The notes beneath the pieces are model-generated. The model did no database searches. It saw only the letters and a program-made list of their open reading frames with translations, and was not told the origin of the DNA. From Octopus vulgaris (Eukaryota), in NCBI GenBank assembly GCA_951406725.2, contig OX597832.1:22754001-22818000 (forward strand): DNA of 64,000 nt, read 5' to 3'. The position numbers were made by a program, and so were the translations under genes. Below are positions 41,213 through 55,849 of this stretch, one piece after another; position 1 is the first letter of the stretch; each line of letters opens with the position of its first letter.

Positions 41213-41626
41213 CTTTAATTAATTAATATTCACAAAAGAGAGCGCTTCACATCATCTGAATCTGCAAACAGATCCCAGCCATAAACTTGTAACTCAATGA
41301 TTTTCTCGAGGTGTGGGAATATCATAGAGAGCTTCTACGTGATGATTCAAACTGTTAGATATAACAGCTAAATCCATATCAAATCACAAATTTTCCTGTC
41401 TAAAACTCTTACAGAACGACGCACAGCTTAACCACTTAATATGTTACCCCGTATAGTTTCGTTCAGAGATGTCCGGTAAATACATATTTGACCGAAATTT
41501 TGCGTTCATTGTCCTCTGAGGTATGTGTTGCTTCTGACCCGAAATACTTCGTTCATGATGTTATTACAGTTACCTATCATCAACTATCATTTCTATCAGT
41601 AACTTCATAATCCGTTCAGCTATAGT

Positions 41627-42009
41627 CACAAAGCCTGAAATTTTGGGGGAGGATGCCAGTCGATTAGATCGACCCCAGTACGCAAATGGTACTTAATTAA
41701 TCGACTCCCAAAGGATGAAAGACAAAGTCGACCTTGGCGGAATTTGAACTCAGAACGTGACCGCAGACGAAATACCAATTTCTTTACTACCCACAGGGGG
41801 CTAAACACAGAGGGGACAAACAAGGACAGACAAACGGATTAAGTCGATTATATCGACCCTACTGCGTAACTGGAACTTATTTAATCGAACCCGAAAGGAT
41901 GAAAGCCAAAGTCGACCGCGGCAGAATTCGAACTCGGAACGTAGCAGCGGATGAAATACGGCTACGCATTTCGTCCGTCGTGCTAACGTTTCTGCCAGCT
42001 CGTCGCCTT
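41627..42009 (-). mobile_element. SINE family 1 dimer
   Basis: Junction at 41776/41777. Confidence 0.85.
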
Positions 42010-42281
42010 CTCCACTCCCTAATATTACCATTCTCTTACAAAACTCAATAAATAAAAAAAAAATAAGAAACAGAGATAATTGCAAAAAAAAACTTGAAAA
42101 ACTATCTAGTTTTTTTTTTTTGTTTTTCAAATTACTTCTTTTTGTCATAAGTTGCTGTATAATGAAAAGTTGTATCTTTAGTCTGTATGAAGAATCCAAG
42201 GAATCTAAGTTCCCCATCTTCAGCAAAACACAGTAAGTAGACTTCGTAGAAAATTACTTGCCTTGAGACAAAATTTGAAAC

Positions 42282-42312
<31 letters not shown>

Positions 42313-42338
42313 GTTGTTGTTGTTGTTGTTGTTGTTCT

Positions 42339-42437
<99 letters not shown>

Positions 42438-42610
42438 CATTTTTTGTTTGGCTCATGTTCGATATTATTCTCTGATAGGATTTATGTGGGTAGCGGGTGA
42501 CTACCAGTAACTTTACGTATCCACAAGTTTTCAGCTGTCCTTCCTGATAATCATTGCTGTCCCTACAAAATTTCTGTAGGGGCTCTCCCAGGCATTATAA
42601 TAATAATACT

Positions 42611-42708
<98 letters not shown>

Positions 42709-43229
42709 GCTTCGTGCACTCATAAGAATTGAGATTAGATACAACTTGAAATGCCATACTTAGATGATAAAGGCCACCTCCATCCCCGACAATTACAAAA
42801 TACAAATTATAATTACAATTAATTTAATATCTTTTTACAAATATTTACATTACTTTTAGTTAAGTTTTGCTCTTAATTTACCCGGAAGCTCTTCAACGAA
42901 ATGAATAATAAGCGAGTAAAATTAATTTAGATATTTCTGAAGATCATTAATTTTATATTTATTAATTTCTTCAGAAAAATGAGTCATAAATAACTGTAGA
43001 CTATATTCTATGAACTTGCGCTAATATTTCTGACATTAAATCTTTCCTAGAAATTTTGTTTAATTTTATTGTCATCTTATTTTTAGATTAAGCTTTAAAA
43101 GAAGTGATTAATAATATGGAAAATTAAATACGGATATGAAACAAATAACGAAGTGTCATTTCATTATAAATGGACGCAGGCTTGGCTGTGTGGTAAGAAG
43201 CTGCATCCCGCTGCGCATGCGTTTCCTTG

Positions 43230-44460
43230 TCAGTGTTGTTCGTAGCCCTGCTTGAAGTCACAACGCGGGTTTGAAGCTGGTGGAATAGTGATTAAAAAGA
43301 AACTCAACTGTAAGGTAAGATTTCGTTCTTGGGTCCAGTGGGGGTTTGTTGTTTGCCGTAATGATTTTTTTACAAACAAGAAGGCCTCACTGGATTTTGG
43401 ACTCTGGTCTGCTTGTAGTTGAATGAATAGTTTTTCTCACTTAATTGTGAGAAGTTTGGGGGCGTATCTCGCTTCCAAAAATTTGTTCAATTTTAGTGAA
43501 TATTTTTTTTCGAAAATTGTGAGAATTCACCGACTTCATTTACCAATTCTTGTGGAAGCTCTGTTCTAAGTTGTGGCGTTCCAGGTTCAAGCTGGATTAC
43601 CAAATAGGCCTGGATTACCGAGTGGCCAGAATGATTTTTTGCTGTGTTTTTGAACTGTTGTTTTCTTTTCTTCTTCTATCTTTCTTTGTGACTTTATTTT
43701 TTGAACTGTTTTCTTTTTTTTTTCCTTCCTTTTTGTTGTGACTTTCTGTTGATTTCTTTCTTTTTCTTCTTTCTTTTCTTTTCAATTTTTATCGTGAACT
43801 GTTGTTGGACTTTTTATTTTAAAAAAAAAAAACTTGGCAAAAAACAAGAAAAATGTTTTGGAGTGGGAAATTGTACCACCCAAACAGTGGTTGAAAGACT
43901 TCGAAAAGAGGACGATGGTGTTGAGGACTTACTCCAAGTCGCTCGACACCATCGCTCTAATTGAAATGACTGCTATAGAAAGAGAATTGGTAAAGTATCT
44001 ACCAACTATTAAATTTATCTCCAGAGGGGTCAGATGTGTGACGGTGTGGTTACTGTTTGATACCCCTGATGAAGCTGGCGAATTTGCGAGCAGGCCCTTG
44101 GAGGGCAGAGAGATTTAGTTTCTTCCCACATATTGTGGGAGGAAGTCAACGAGGGCTTGGGTCTGTGGCTTGCCACCCGGAATAGAACCCGAGTGGATAG
44201 AAGGCGCTATCCATCGGGGTCTGGGTGGCAGCGGAGCCAAGCTCCTCGATGTCAAAAATTTGCCAGCGGCTGATTGGATGGGGGTCAACAGCGGTTTTGA
44301 TTCTGTGGACCCAATCAGCAAAAAATCTGGTATTTCCAGATTTTTTTAAAATGGCCGAGTGCAGTTACCCGGTGATTCTTGAGGGTCGCCCCACTCCAGG
44401 TGTCATCGGTGCCTGGAGCCTGGCCATATAAAGAAAAAGTGTCCCCAGGAACAAAGTAAA
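43230..44460 (+). pseudogene. L1/Tx1-like LINE 5' region with disrupted ORF1 (gag-like, CCHC knuckle)
   Basis: ORF 43834-44118 continues past a stop into FLPTYCGRKSTRAWVCGLPPGI, then YPVILEGRP and CHRCLEPGHIKKKCP (CX2CX4HX4C). Confidence 0.7.
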
Positions 44461-45189
44461 GTGTATATGAGCGATCGCGTGGGTATGTATGTGGGGGCAA
44501 GCACAAGATTATGTGACCGTGTGTGTATGTGCGTACGTACGGGAGCACGCGTGTATATGTGTACGAATAAACAAGTATGTTCACTTTGTGAAGCGATGTG
44601 TGCATGTGTGTGTATGTATCAGAGGGCAAACGCATGTGTGTATTAGCTAATGAGCGCGTGTATGCTTTGTACGTGTAGCGTGTGTACGTGCTAGCGTTCT
44701 TGCATGCGTTTATACGTTTGTGCGTAAAGTGTGCGTGTGACACTGTTGCGTACCTTTCTGTTTATGCAAAAATATCGTGTGTCTATGCTTCTGCATGTAT
44801 GTGAACGAGTGTGCGTCTCCCTGTTATCATTTGCTGTGTGTATATGAGGCTGTTGGATAGAGAATGTGTGTGTGTGTGTGTGTGAGTATGTGTGTGTATA
44901 TTCTGTGTTTGTATAGAGGTATATCAGTGTAGGTGTTTGTACATGCTATAGGGAAACAATTAATGGTGTGTGTGCGGTTGGTATGTCTGTGTATAAATAT
45001 ATATATATGTGCACATATATATGTATATATGTATATATACATATGTGTTTGTATATATATATATGTGTGTATATATATCTATGTATATAAATGTATGTAT
45101 ATGTATATATATATATATATATGTAATATAAATTTATATTTATATTATTTATATTATTATATGATCGAACGCCGCGCATCCTTTTGCAA

Positions 45190-45297
<108 letters not shown>

Positions 45298-45397
45298 GTA
45301 TATAAATGTATGTATATATATAGATGTAATATAAATTTATATTTATATTTTTTATATTATTATATAATCGAACACCACCCATCCTTTTGCAAGTAAG

Positions 45398-45442
<45 letters not shown>

Positions 45443-45446
45443 CATA

Positions 45447-45682
45447 CACCAGAGCAGGCACACGAATGCGAAACAAGTTAGAAAAATTGTAGTCCAATAC
45501 TTGAGGTAGAGTAATATATTTGATCAAAAAGCAGCAAAGATATCACAACAATTGTTACTTAGAGTTTCACGCTCCAGTCGTCGGACAGTTTTGTTGTAAA
45601 CAAAACTTTCTGGGGAACGGGAACGTGAAACTGCGAGTAACAGTTTTGTCATACTTTTCATGCTTTTGATAAAGTACATATA
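45447..45682. mobile_element. Divergent (inverted) pair of hammerhead-bearing PLE-like ends, family H3
   Basis: Imperfect palindrome centred near 45596; hammerhead folds at 45546-45593 (-) and 45601-45648 (+); relative at 55449-55570. Confidence 0.65.
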
Positions 45683-45767
45683 TATGTGTGTTTGTGTGTA
45701 TCTAAGTATATGTACATATGTATGCATATATTTATATATGTATATATATATATTATATATATAATAC

Positions 45768-45832
<65 letters not shown>

Positions 45833-46669
45833 GTCTTCGAAACATGTGTCGAAAATAAAGGAATTTTGTTAAATCATCGTTCGACTCCATTCTTTCATTT
45901 ATCTATAGTAAAAAAACACACAAATTTCCACACGAATTCATTCAACTACTTAAATATATATATATATATATTATATATATATACAAACACACACACATTG
46001 TTACGTATGTGTATATACATATGAATTTATTTTACAATTTTATATTATTTATCACGAAAAGAGAAGCAATAAAATCTCAAAGATTATCAAGTGATACTTC
46101 GTGAAAATTTTAGCAGCCATCAACCGCCAACAATAGTCATTTGACTATTCTATATTTATAATACCCGATGATTGAACTACGCCGATAATGACTTTTCATT
46201 CATTCGTTTCTTTATGCCGCCTCTACATAGGAAATGTCTGTACTCTTGTTGCTTTATACAATGTAACATAAAAATGTCGCATTCGGGTAAACATTAGTCA
46301 CCGTTTGATGACATGTTTAAGAATTAAATATACAATGAGCCAAGTACTTGTTACGCACACACACACACGCACATTTTTACGCATGTACATATATATATGT
46401 ATATATGCATAGATATATATACATATATATATTAAATTTAAACGTATACATTACCTGTATCAATAAAAAAATTACACACACACACACATATTTATGCATA
46501 TATATAGACATATACATGAGTGTATATATATATATATATATATAAATATATATATATGACTGTATTTATACACACATATATATATATATATATATGTTTA
46601 AACGCATACATATAACTGTAGCTATAAAAATTACACACACACATATATATAAACATATGTATCTATATA

Positions 46670-46725
<56 letters not shown>

Positions 46726-46857
46726 CATATATATATATAAATACGTATATATGTACATATATATATATATGACTGCATATATTTATATATATATATACAT
46801 AGATATAAATGTAAATATATATGTATATATATAAATGTATATATATATATATGTATG

Positions 46858-46888
<31 letters not shown>

Positions 46889-47809
46889 ATGTATATATAT
46901 ATGTATATATATATCCGTGTATGTGTGTATATGTATTCCTTATCAATTTTTAAATAGCGCCTCAATTCGCCTTAGAAATTATTCTAGAAACGTGGGCGAT
47001 TATGGAGACATTGACAAGTTGATTTTCGAAGATTTGTACATTTTTATTGCCTAAGAACATAGCTTCTACTTAGATTAGCCTTCTGGTTATAGATTAAGAT
47101 AAATCTTGCATTTTTTCTCCGGACTTTTTATATTTATATTACAATAATCTTTTCCCTTTTTTCCATGAAATTGCAACAAAGATTTTATCTTTTGTGTAGT
47201 TGTTTTTTTATTGTTGTTGGCTTTGCTGTTCTCATTCTTGTTGTTCTTTTAACCACCAACGCCCATTCTGTTTTAACAGTTTTCATGAAATATCATCAGA
47301 TCCAGCTAGAACTATATCATCTATTTCAGGAAAAAAGTCTTTGATTGCTGCTTTGTATCAAGAGTAGTAGTTTGGTCGAGTAAATAAGAAGTTTGCTTGG
47401 CAACCAATAGATCGTAGGTTCGATCCCACAGCGTGGGATCTTATGCCAAATACCAATTTTGTCTCGCCAAATGCACCCAGCCGTCACAACCAAGTGCACC
47501 TGATGAAGTGGAATTTCATAGAAGCCCATCACTTGGCTTATAACTGTAATTCACATACGCTGATCCAATTTAAAGGTTAGTCACGTCTGTGGAATACTCA
47601 GCAGAAGTAACTGAGTGACTCAAATGCCGAGAGTTTCGTTCATTGGCACTTATATGTATGAATGTGTGTGTATGTGTGTATTTATGTATGTATGTATGTA
47701 TGTATGTATGTATGTATGTATGTATGTATTTATGTATGTATGCATGTATGTATGTATGTATGTGCGTATGTGTGTATGTATGTATATATGTATGTATGCA
47801 GGCATGTAT

Positions 47810-48125
47810 GTCGGGCTGCGAGGCTTTTGTACCCCACTCTTTTAACAGATAGTTCCACACAATCTATTCGTGCGTCCGAGATAGCGTTCCAGTCACCCAG
47901 TAGACTGACAGGGATAGATGTTGCCAGGAAAACTTTCAGACTTCTGAAGAAATCCGGCAGCCCTCTACCTGTCGGAGCATAAACAGTCACTCGTCTGAAA
48001 GCGCCTTCCTCTCTCTCTCTCTACTGTTCACATCCAAAGCCACCAACTTACTTTCTGGAGCTGGATAATGGTTCTTATCGAGAAATACAGAACTTTCCGG
48101 AACAAAACCACAGTTCTAGCCCCAA
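47810..48125 (-). pseudogene. Tx1-like AP-endonuclease fragment
   Basis: VLFRK..KLVALDV..AFRRVTVYAPTG..FFRSL..LLGDWNAISDARID. Confidence 0.75.
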
Positions 48126-48139
48126 CATGTTCAGTTGCT

Positions 48140-48630
48140 ATGAAGTTAAGCAAATGTCTTCTACTATGGTCACCTGACAGTCCAAAGCCTGTTGTGTGAG
48201 TGCGTGTGGGTCTATGTGCGTGCGTATGAGTATCTGAATGTGTGTGTTTGAGCGTGTGTGTGTACATGTGTGTGTGTAAGCGTCTGTGTGTGCATGTGTG
48301 TGTGTAAGCGTGTGTGTGTGCATGTGTGTGTGTGCATGTGTGTATGTGCATGTGTGTGTGTGCATGTGTGTGTGTGCATGTGTGCATATATTTATATATA
48401 TGTGAGTGTGTGTGTGAGCGTGTTTGTGTGTGCTTGTGTGTGTGTGTGTTTTTTTTTTCTCCACGCATCCCACTGCTTGACAACCGACTTCTTTTGATCC
48501 TTGTAACGTTGCAATTCAGAAGGAGCACCAGGCTTAAATATTAGTCCTGGGGCCGATTTGTTCCACTAAAACCTCCTAAGCAGTGGATCAGCAGGGCCGC
48601 ATTCCAATGCCTGCAACAAGTAAAAGAGAA
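48140..48630 (+). mobile_element. Old SINE family 2 copy with expanded (TG)n
   Basis: GCAAATGTCTTCTACTAT CORE-like part and diverged tail ending AAGTAAAAGAG. Confidence 0.6.
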
Positions 48631-49044
48631 AATACATGCGCACTTCACAAATAGTTTGATGTCAACGTACGGAATAAGTATGTCGAGTTAATCTCTGAAA
48701 AATATTCAACATGATAACGTTAGAGAACTCATTAGTTTTAAAGAGGAAAAAAAAGAAATTAATCAAAATAATTTATTTGCCATTAGAAAGAAGTTTTTTC
48801 TCCTTCGGACGTTCAACTTTACGTATACTAAAAACCAATTCCTGTTATTTCAGTGTTCTTTTCAACAGATGCTAGCGTAAATCAAAAGAGACGCTTCGTT
48901 TCGTCTAACATTGAAAATAATTGTTTCTCGTTTTCAGATTTATATTCTTTTTTTTGGGTAAGCATGCGTTAATACAGTGGTGGAGAATTTAACCAAATAT
49001 TTTTGAATACTGCTAATACAAAACTATTAGAAATGCACGCCGTT

Positions 49045-49113
49045 ATACATACATATACACATGCATACATACATATATACCTACATACATACATACATAT
49101 ACACATATATACA

Positions 49114-49145
<32 letters not shown>

Positions 49146-49231
49146 CACATATATACATACATACATACATACATACATACATTCATACATACATACATTC
49201 ATACATACATTCATACATACATACACACACA

Positions 49232-49265
<34 letters not shown>

Positions 49266-49480
49266 CATACATTCATACATACATGCATACATACATACAT
49301 ACATACATACATTCATACATACATACATGCATACATACATTCATACATACATACATACATACATACATACATTCATACATACATACATTCATACATACAT
49401 TCATACATACATACATACATATACATACATACATACATACATACATACATACATACATACATACATACATACATGCATGC
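49045..49480. repeat. (CATA)n microsatellite
   Basis: Direct reading. Confidence 0.95.
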
Positions 49481-49714
49481 AGCACGGATTTTTGTCAGTG
49501 AACAGGTCGCGATCTCAAAGCGACAGAAATATTTTGGCAAATTAAATTTAAATGTTGAAGTGAATTTAATGGTTTTGTGTGTTTCTTAAATGGCTTATAA
49601 ACACATTCCACGCTGCATTTGTTAATATATATATGTATATATATATATATATATATACATAATTACATATATACATAATATATATATATATATGTATATA
49701 TGTAATTCTGTAAG

Positions 49715-49804
<90 letters not shown>

Positions 49805-49806
<2 letters not shown>

Positions 49807-50082
49807 GGAAAACATTTTTTTTTAAATGCAGAATGCTCAAATGAAAGAAAATTTTAATAAAATGAGAAAATGATAAAATATATATTTATATATTTTATCA
49901 TTTTCTCATTTTATTAAAATTTTCTTTCATTTGAGCATTCTGCATTTTTTAAATATATATTTTATCATTTTCTCATTTTATTAAAATTTTCTTTCATTTG
50001 AGCATTCTGCATTTTTTAAAAAATTTTTCCTTACTTATCATTTCTCCACGTGCGGTCAACACAACCCCACCATTTATTGATC
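49805..50082. repeat. Inverted plus tandem triplication of a ~65-bp AT-rich unit within (TA)n
   Basis: 49824-49883 is the reverse complement of the unit repeated at ~49888-49950 and ~49955-50017. Confidence 0.9.
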
Positions 50083-50264
50083 TATATATATATATATATA
50101 TAAATATATGTGTGTGTGTGTGTGTGTGTGTATACATACATACTTATATACATATATATATATATATATATAGAAAGGTGTGTATGTGTGTCTGCCTATC
50201 TGTCTCTCTATGTATCAGTATATACATACACGAGTACATGTGTTTGCGTGTGTGTGTGTGTGTA

Positions 50265-50345
<81 letters not shown>

Positions 50346-50420
50346 GTAATGTATTTTGTGTGTACAAATGGAAGTACGACGTTTCAGCTTTCTCTCATCT
50401 TCTTCATGTATGCTGTTAAA

Positions 50421-50850
50421 TATATCAGATCATGAAGAATGAAATGTCCGATTTTCTCATGCACCAAGTTTGGCGGTCGTTAACGCTAATGTTTTATCCT
50501 GACAACGATGAAGTGTTACATCATCTCTTTTCAAAATTCAATTCATGGTGTCTGATTATATTGTGAATTTTCTCTTGTAAATCAATTTTTGTGAACATAT
50601 GGAAAAATCAAAATTACATGTTGTTTATGAATATGAGTTCCCTCTTGGAACCATTGCGTCTCAGATAGCTGGAAACATCAGTGTTTGGTGAAGATGTGGC
50701 GAATGAGTGTACTGTTCGTCGATGGTTTGTGAAGTTCTAGTCTGGTGACTGTACTCTTTATAATCAGCCCCGTGATGGACCTGAGACGAAAGTCGATAAT
50801 GGTGAGATGGAAACTGTAATGAAAGCGGATACATCTCAAACTACGCGTGC
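50421..50850 (+). mobile_element. Mariner (cecropia-like) 5' fragment
   Basis: ATG at 50599, MEKSKLHVVYEYEF..FGEDVANECTVRRWFVKF*SGD..PETKVDN..ADTSQTTR. Confidence 0.8.
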
Positions 50851-51689
50851 AAGTGATATTTAAGCAATAAACAGTTCTTTGGCTTTTGCATTCGACGATT
50901 GTTGCTTTACGTATTTTATTTCGATTTTCACTGGAGTAGTGGTAAGAACTACGGGATAAGCAATATTAGTTTCGAATAAAAATTTAGGTGGAAGTTTTAA
51001 TCACCCCATGGACAGGCAATCAGAAACTGCTACTCAATAACGGTGCAAAATGCTAAGGAAAGTCTCTTTTCTCTGAAAAACTAACACAAAAAGAAGATGA
51101 AATAACAGAATGTGCAGTAAAATAACATAAGGCATGTTCTTTGCAAATCAATTTTATTTCAAATATTGAACAATATCGCTCATTTTTTAAAAGTTGTATG
51201 AGAACCGCTAGGCAAGATTTTAGATGTAATGCCCCAAATTTTTCACGTTTTATAAGCAGTTCAAATTAGTCTTTTCCATTTTCAATTAAATTTTGTTAAG
51301 AATACCTTCAGAAAATTAAATAATCACCAGTTATTTATTTGCTTTATTTTCCCTTTCCTGCTCACTTGAAGTAACTGCCTTTTCCTAGTAGTTTTTCATG
51401 TCAGCTGGTTTACTGCACGAAAAACAGTCGCAAGAACGCATTTGACCTCGAGTGCACGTGGTTGATTTGCAGTTAATTACAGATTGATTACAGGTTGATT
51501 ACAGTTAATTAAAGTTAGATTGATATCGACTTTTTTAGCCGCTTGCAAAAATGTGAAAACGCAGCAATGAATACAGTTGTTCGTGGTCCAATATTTAAAT
51601 CAAAATGAGACTGCATTTACAAATAGCAAGCTTTATTTACTCATATCTATCATTTAAATGTGAAAACGTAGGAACGAATTGCTAAGAAC

Positions 51690-52090
51690 GTCGGTTAGCT
51701 GGCACAATCGTTAGCACGCCGGGCAAAATGCGTAGCCGTATTTCGTCTGCCGTTACGTTCTGAGTTCAAATTCCGGCGAGGACGACTTTGCCTTTCACCC
51801 TTTCGGGGTCGATTAAATAAGTACCAGTTATGCACTGGAGTCGATATAATCGACTTAATCCATTTGTCTGTCCTTGTTTGTCCTCTCTGTGTTTAGCCCC
51901 TTGTGGGCAGTAAAGAAATAGGTATTTCGCCTGTCGCTACGTTCTGAGGTCGACTTTGCCTTTCATTCTTTCGGGGTCGATAAATTAAGTACCATTTACG
52001 CACTGGGGTCGAAGTAATCGACTTAATCCGTTTGTCTGTCCTTGTTTGTCCCCTCTGTGTTTAACCCCTTGTGGGTAGTAAAGAAATAGG
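51690..52090 (+). mobile_element. SINE family 1 dimer
   Basis: Junction at 51920/51921. Confidence 0.85.
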
Positions 52091-52094
52091 TTAT

Positions 52095-52316
52095 TGAACA
52101 GGATGGCGGAAGAATCAGGACAAAAATATTACAAAAATAGCGATACTCGCTTCACTTTGAAACTGGCAGTTTTGAACATCTTTTTATAATACGGAACCCC
52201 CCGCTCTCTCATGAATCCATGTTTCAAATTTCAGCGCGATCAGATGAACAATACTCGAGTCATAAGCGCACAAAAAACAGACAGACAGACAGACAGAATG
52301 GGATTTATATATTAGA
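52095..52316 (-). mobile_element. Probable Helitron-like 5' end
   Basis: A|TCTAATATATAAA followed by (CTGT)n and GATCGCGCTGAAATTT; no matching 3' hairpin-CTAG found. Confidence 0.45.
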
Positions 52317-52320
52317 TGTG

Positions 52321-52396
<76 letters not shown>

Positions 52397-52608
52397 CATG
52401 TATGTTTGTATGTATGTATATATATTCTTTTACACTGTATCGTCAAATCCCATATTCTGAGTAATCCTATGTTTAGCATGAACAAACATTAAATATTAGT
52501 ACAATATTCAGAAATTAGGAAACTAAAGTCTGAATCACGAATTATTTTGCCAAGTAGCTACATTAGATCTATCTATCCATCTACCTATCCTTTCCCTATC
52601 CTTTATCC

Positions 52609-52643
<35 letters not shown>

Positions 52644-52683
52644 GTTATCATTTTTTCCCTTTCTTGATTTCCTGAAACCTCTC

Positions 52684-52723
<40 letters not shown>

Positions 52724-52875
52724 ACTCTTTGTCTCTTTCTCTCTCTCTCTCTCTCTTTCTCCCTACCTCGTTTTTGCTTTTCTTTCTCTCAATCTCCCCT
52801 TCTCAGAAAACAACAAAAAAGTTAATAAGATGATACTAATCTATATAAATGATCATATATATATATATGTATATA

Positions 52876-52937
<62 letters not shown>

Positions 52938-53759
52938 ACATTGGGATTTTGACAACTGTTGTTCTTACAGAACTGACATAAACCCGAGAAAGTATGCTAC
53001 AACCACTTTACCTCTGATTACGAAAGACATGTAAAATAGCTACTTGGTAACGTAATTCGTGACTCTGACTTTATTTTCCTAATTTCTGTATATTATACTA
53101 ATATTTAATCTTTGTTCACGCTAAACATATGATTACACAGAATAAAGCTCTTGGTTATACAGTGTAAAAGAAATACGTTTTCTTAGGACACCGAACTTTG
53201 AACGCTTTTTAAATTTTTCAGCGATGACCTCACCCTTCCTACTTTTCTTATTTCTTAAAATTTCCTAAAATTTCCTAAAACTATCTTATTTCCGAAAATT
53301 GACTCTTTTAAAAGGTCACCAGTCGTTGTGAGAAAATGTGTTTATTTACAAATATGTTGATAGGTGTACAATGGAAATAAAAGGAAAAGAAAGGAAGGTG
53401 AAAGAAAAAATATAAACATTTTGTAATGAAATTTCAATGAATTGGCTACAATCTCTCTCTGTCTTGGTATCTGTCTCTCTCTCTCTCTCTTTATCTATAC
53501 CCCCTGCTTCGCTTCTCTTCCTCTCTCTCTCTCTCTATTTCTTCCTCTCTCTCCCTTTTTCCAGAAAAGCAAAAAGAATTTCTAAACAAAACAAATAAAC
53601 ATCCGATTCATATAAATGAACAACGGAACGTTCTGTCTTCACCATTTTGGCTTTGAATTTGTCTCGACGTGTTCGAAAACAAACGAAAGCGCTAATACAA
53701 GATTATCCAAAATTTTGACTGTCACTTCTCTCTCTCTTTCTCCTTTCTCTCTCTCTCTT

Positions 53760-54113
<354 letters not shown>

Positions 54114-54532
54114 TATATACATATATATATATACATATATATATATACATATAAAAAAGTCTAAATATGAATTATATATACATATATATATCGTATGTGC
54201 GACTTCGTATCTGTGATTGCATTCCCGTGTTGTTTCACAGGAAATATTATTTTAATATCACTTATTTTTCATCTAAATTCCAACACCTGTCTCACGAACC
54301 GTCTACAACATTAATCAATTATCTTAAATTGATTAATTATTTTCTGGAGTCGCCCACCACCCTTCCCTAAGCAAGTTTCTTTTTTATTCGATGCAACCAT
54401 AAGCCATATATTTATGTATACATCACTAGTAATCTTCAAATCCTCACAAACACATATCTAGTGACCGGTATGTTTTGCAAACCAATCAAATTAGACAGCT
54501 TATTTTGTGTATTTGAATTTCTTCAAGATATA

Positions 54533-55409
54533 CCTGATTTGATCAATAAGTATCCGGGCTGTTGCCATAGTAACTAAGTTAAAGCACACGGTGTAAAGTC
54601 GATTGAGCTGAGATGGACATTGAACTCTGCTGTTCATTCGCACTATATTTTAACGTTCTAACTCACGTCCACCGTTTACAGCAGTGCTTGGAAACTAACG
54701 TGTGTAGCGTGTGATCGTCGCATTGACCATGACAGAGAAAGTTGAGCTGAGAATCTGCATCAAATCTTGCCAAAAGCTTGGCGATACCTGTTCAGAGGCC
54801 TACATGTAGTTTTCAAATAGTTTTCATCGTTCTCGACACAATCAAGGAAATCTTGTGCAACTGAAACCCGAGTGTCTTTTTGGTAAGCCGAAAACAATTT
54901 TGGCACAAACTTGGCAGATATGCATCTCATACCCTATTCTTCAGTGGTAATGGACTGAACTGAACCGTAACTAGTCTGCACATCCTCTGATAACTCACGG
55001 ATGGTGATTCGACGATTTCCCCTCACAACTGCACGCACATCTGCTATGTTTTTTCTCAGCTCTGCTAGTTGCGGGTCTCCGAGAACAATATCAATATCGA
55101 TATCTTTGGGGCCATCTTAGAAACGTCTAAACCACTCGTACGCTTGTGTATGGTTCATACACTCCTCTCCATAAACTTTCTGCAACTTTGCGTGGGCCTC
55201 TGAGCAGCTATCACAATGACAACTTTCTCTGTCACGATCAACACGACGATTACACGCTACACACCTTCCTTCCAAGCACTGCTGTAAACACCCAATATAA
55301 TTTAGAACGTTAAAACTTAGTTCGCATGCACAGCAGAATACAAGCTCGATCTGTGTGCTTTAGCTTCGTCACTATCGCAACAGTCCGGATACCTATTGAC
55401 CAGACCTCG
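54533..55409. mobile_element. Non-autonomous mariner derivative built from two inverted 5' ends
   Basis: TA-flanked; left arm is TIR plus MTEKVELRICIK; right arm is the inverted TIR (CGAGGTCTGGTCAATAGGTATCCGGAC) plus N-terminal transposase up to ENDEN. Confidence 0.85.
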
Positions 55410-55585
55410 TATTTCGACTATCAGAACAATTTAAATTCAAATTTTCAACACAACCGTCGGACGAACGGTAACGTGGAACTCTGACTAAGTTCCATGATAC
55501 TTTTGCAGCTTTAATAAAAAGCATATTTTCCACCTTCTTTTGCACTTCCGTTCTCATCTATGTAGCTGTATGTGTGTGTGTATAC

Positions 55586-55623
<38 letters not shown>

Positions 55624-55817
55624 TGTATTAGGCAACTATATCTATATCTATCTATCTATGTATCTATCTATACTATCTATATATATATATATAATTATAG
55701 ATGTATAAATATATATTAATACATATATATATGAATATACGTTAAGACGCAACACACTCACACGTGTATGCATGTGTACATATATTTATGTGTGTGTATA
55801 TAAATGTAAGTAGATAA

Positions 55818-55849
<32 letters not shown>

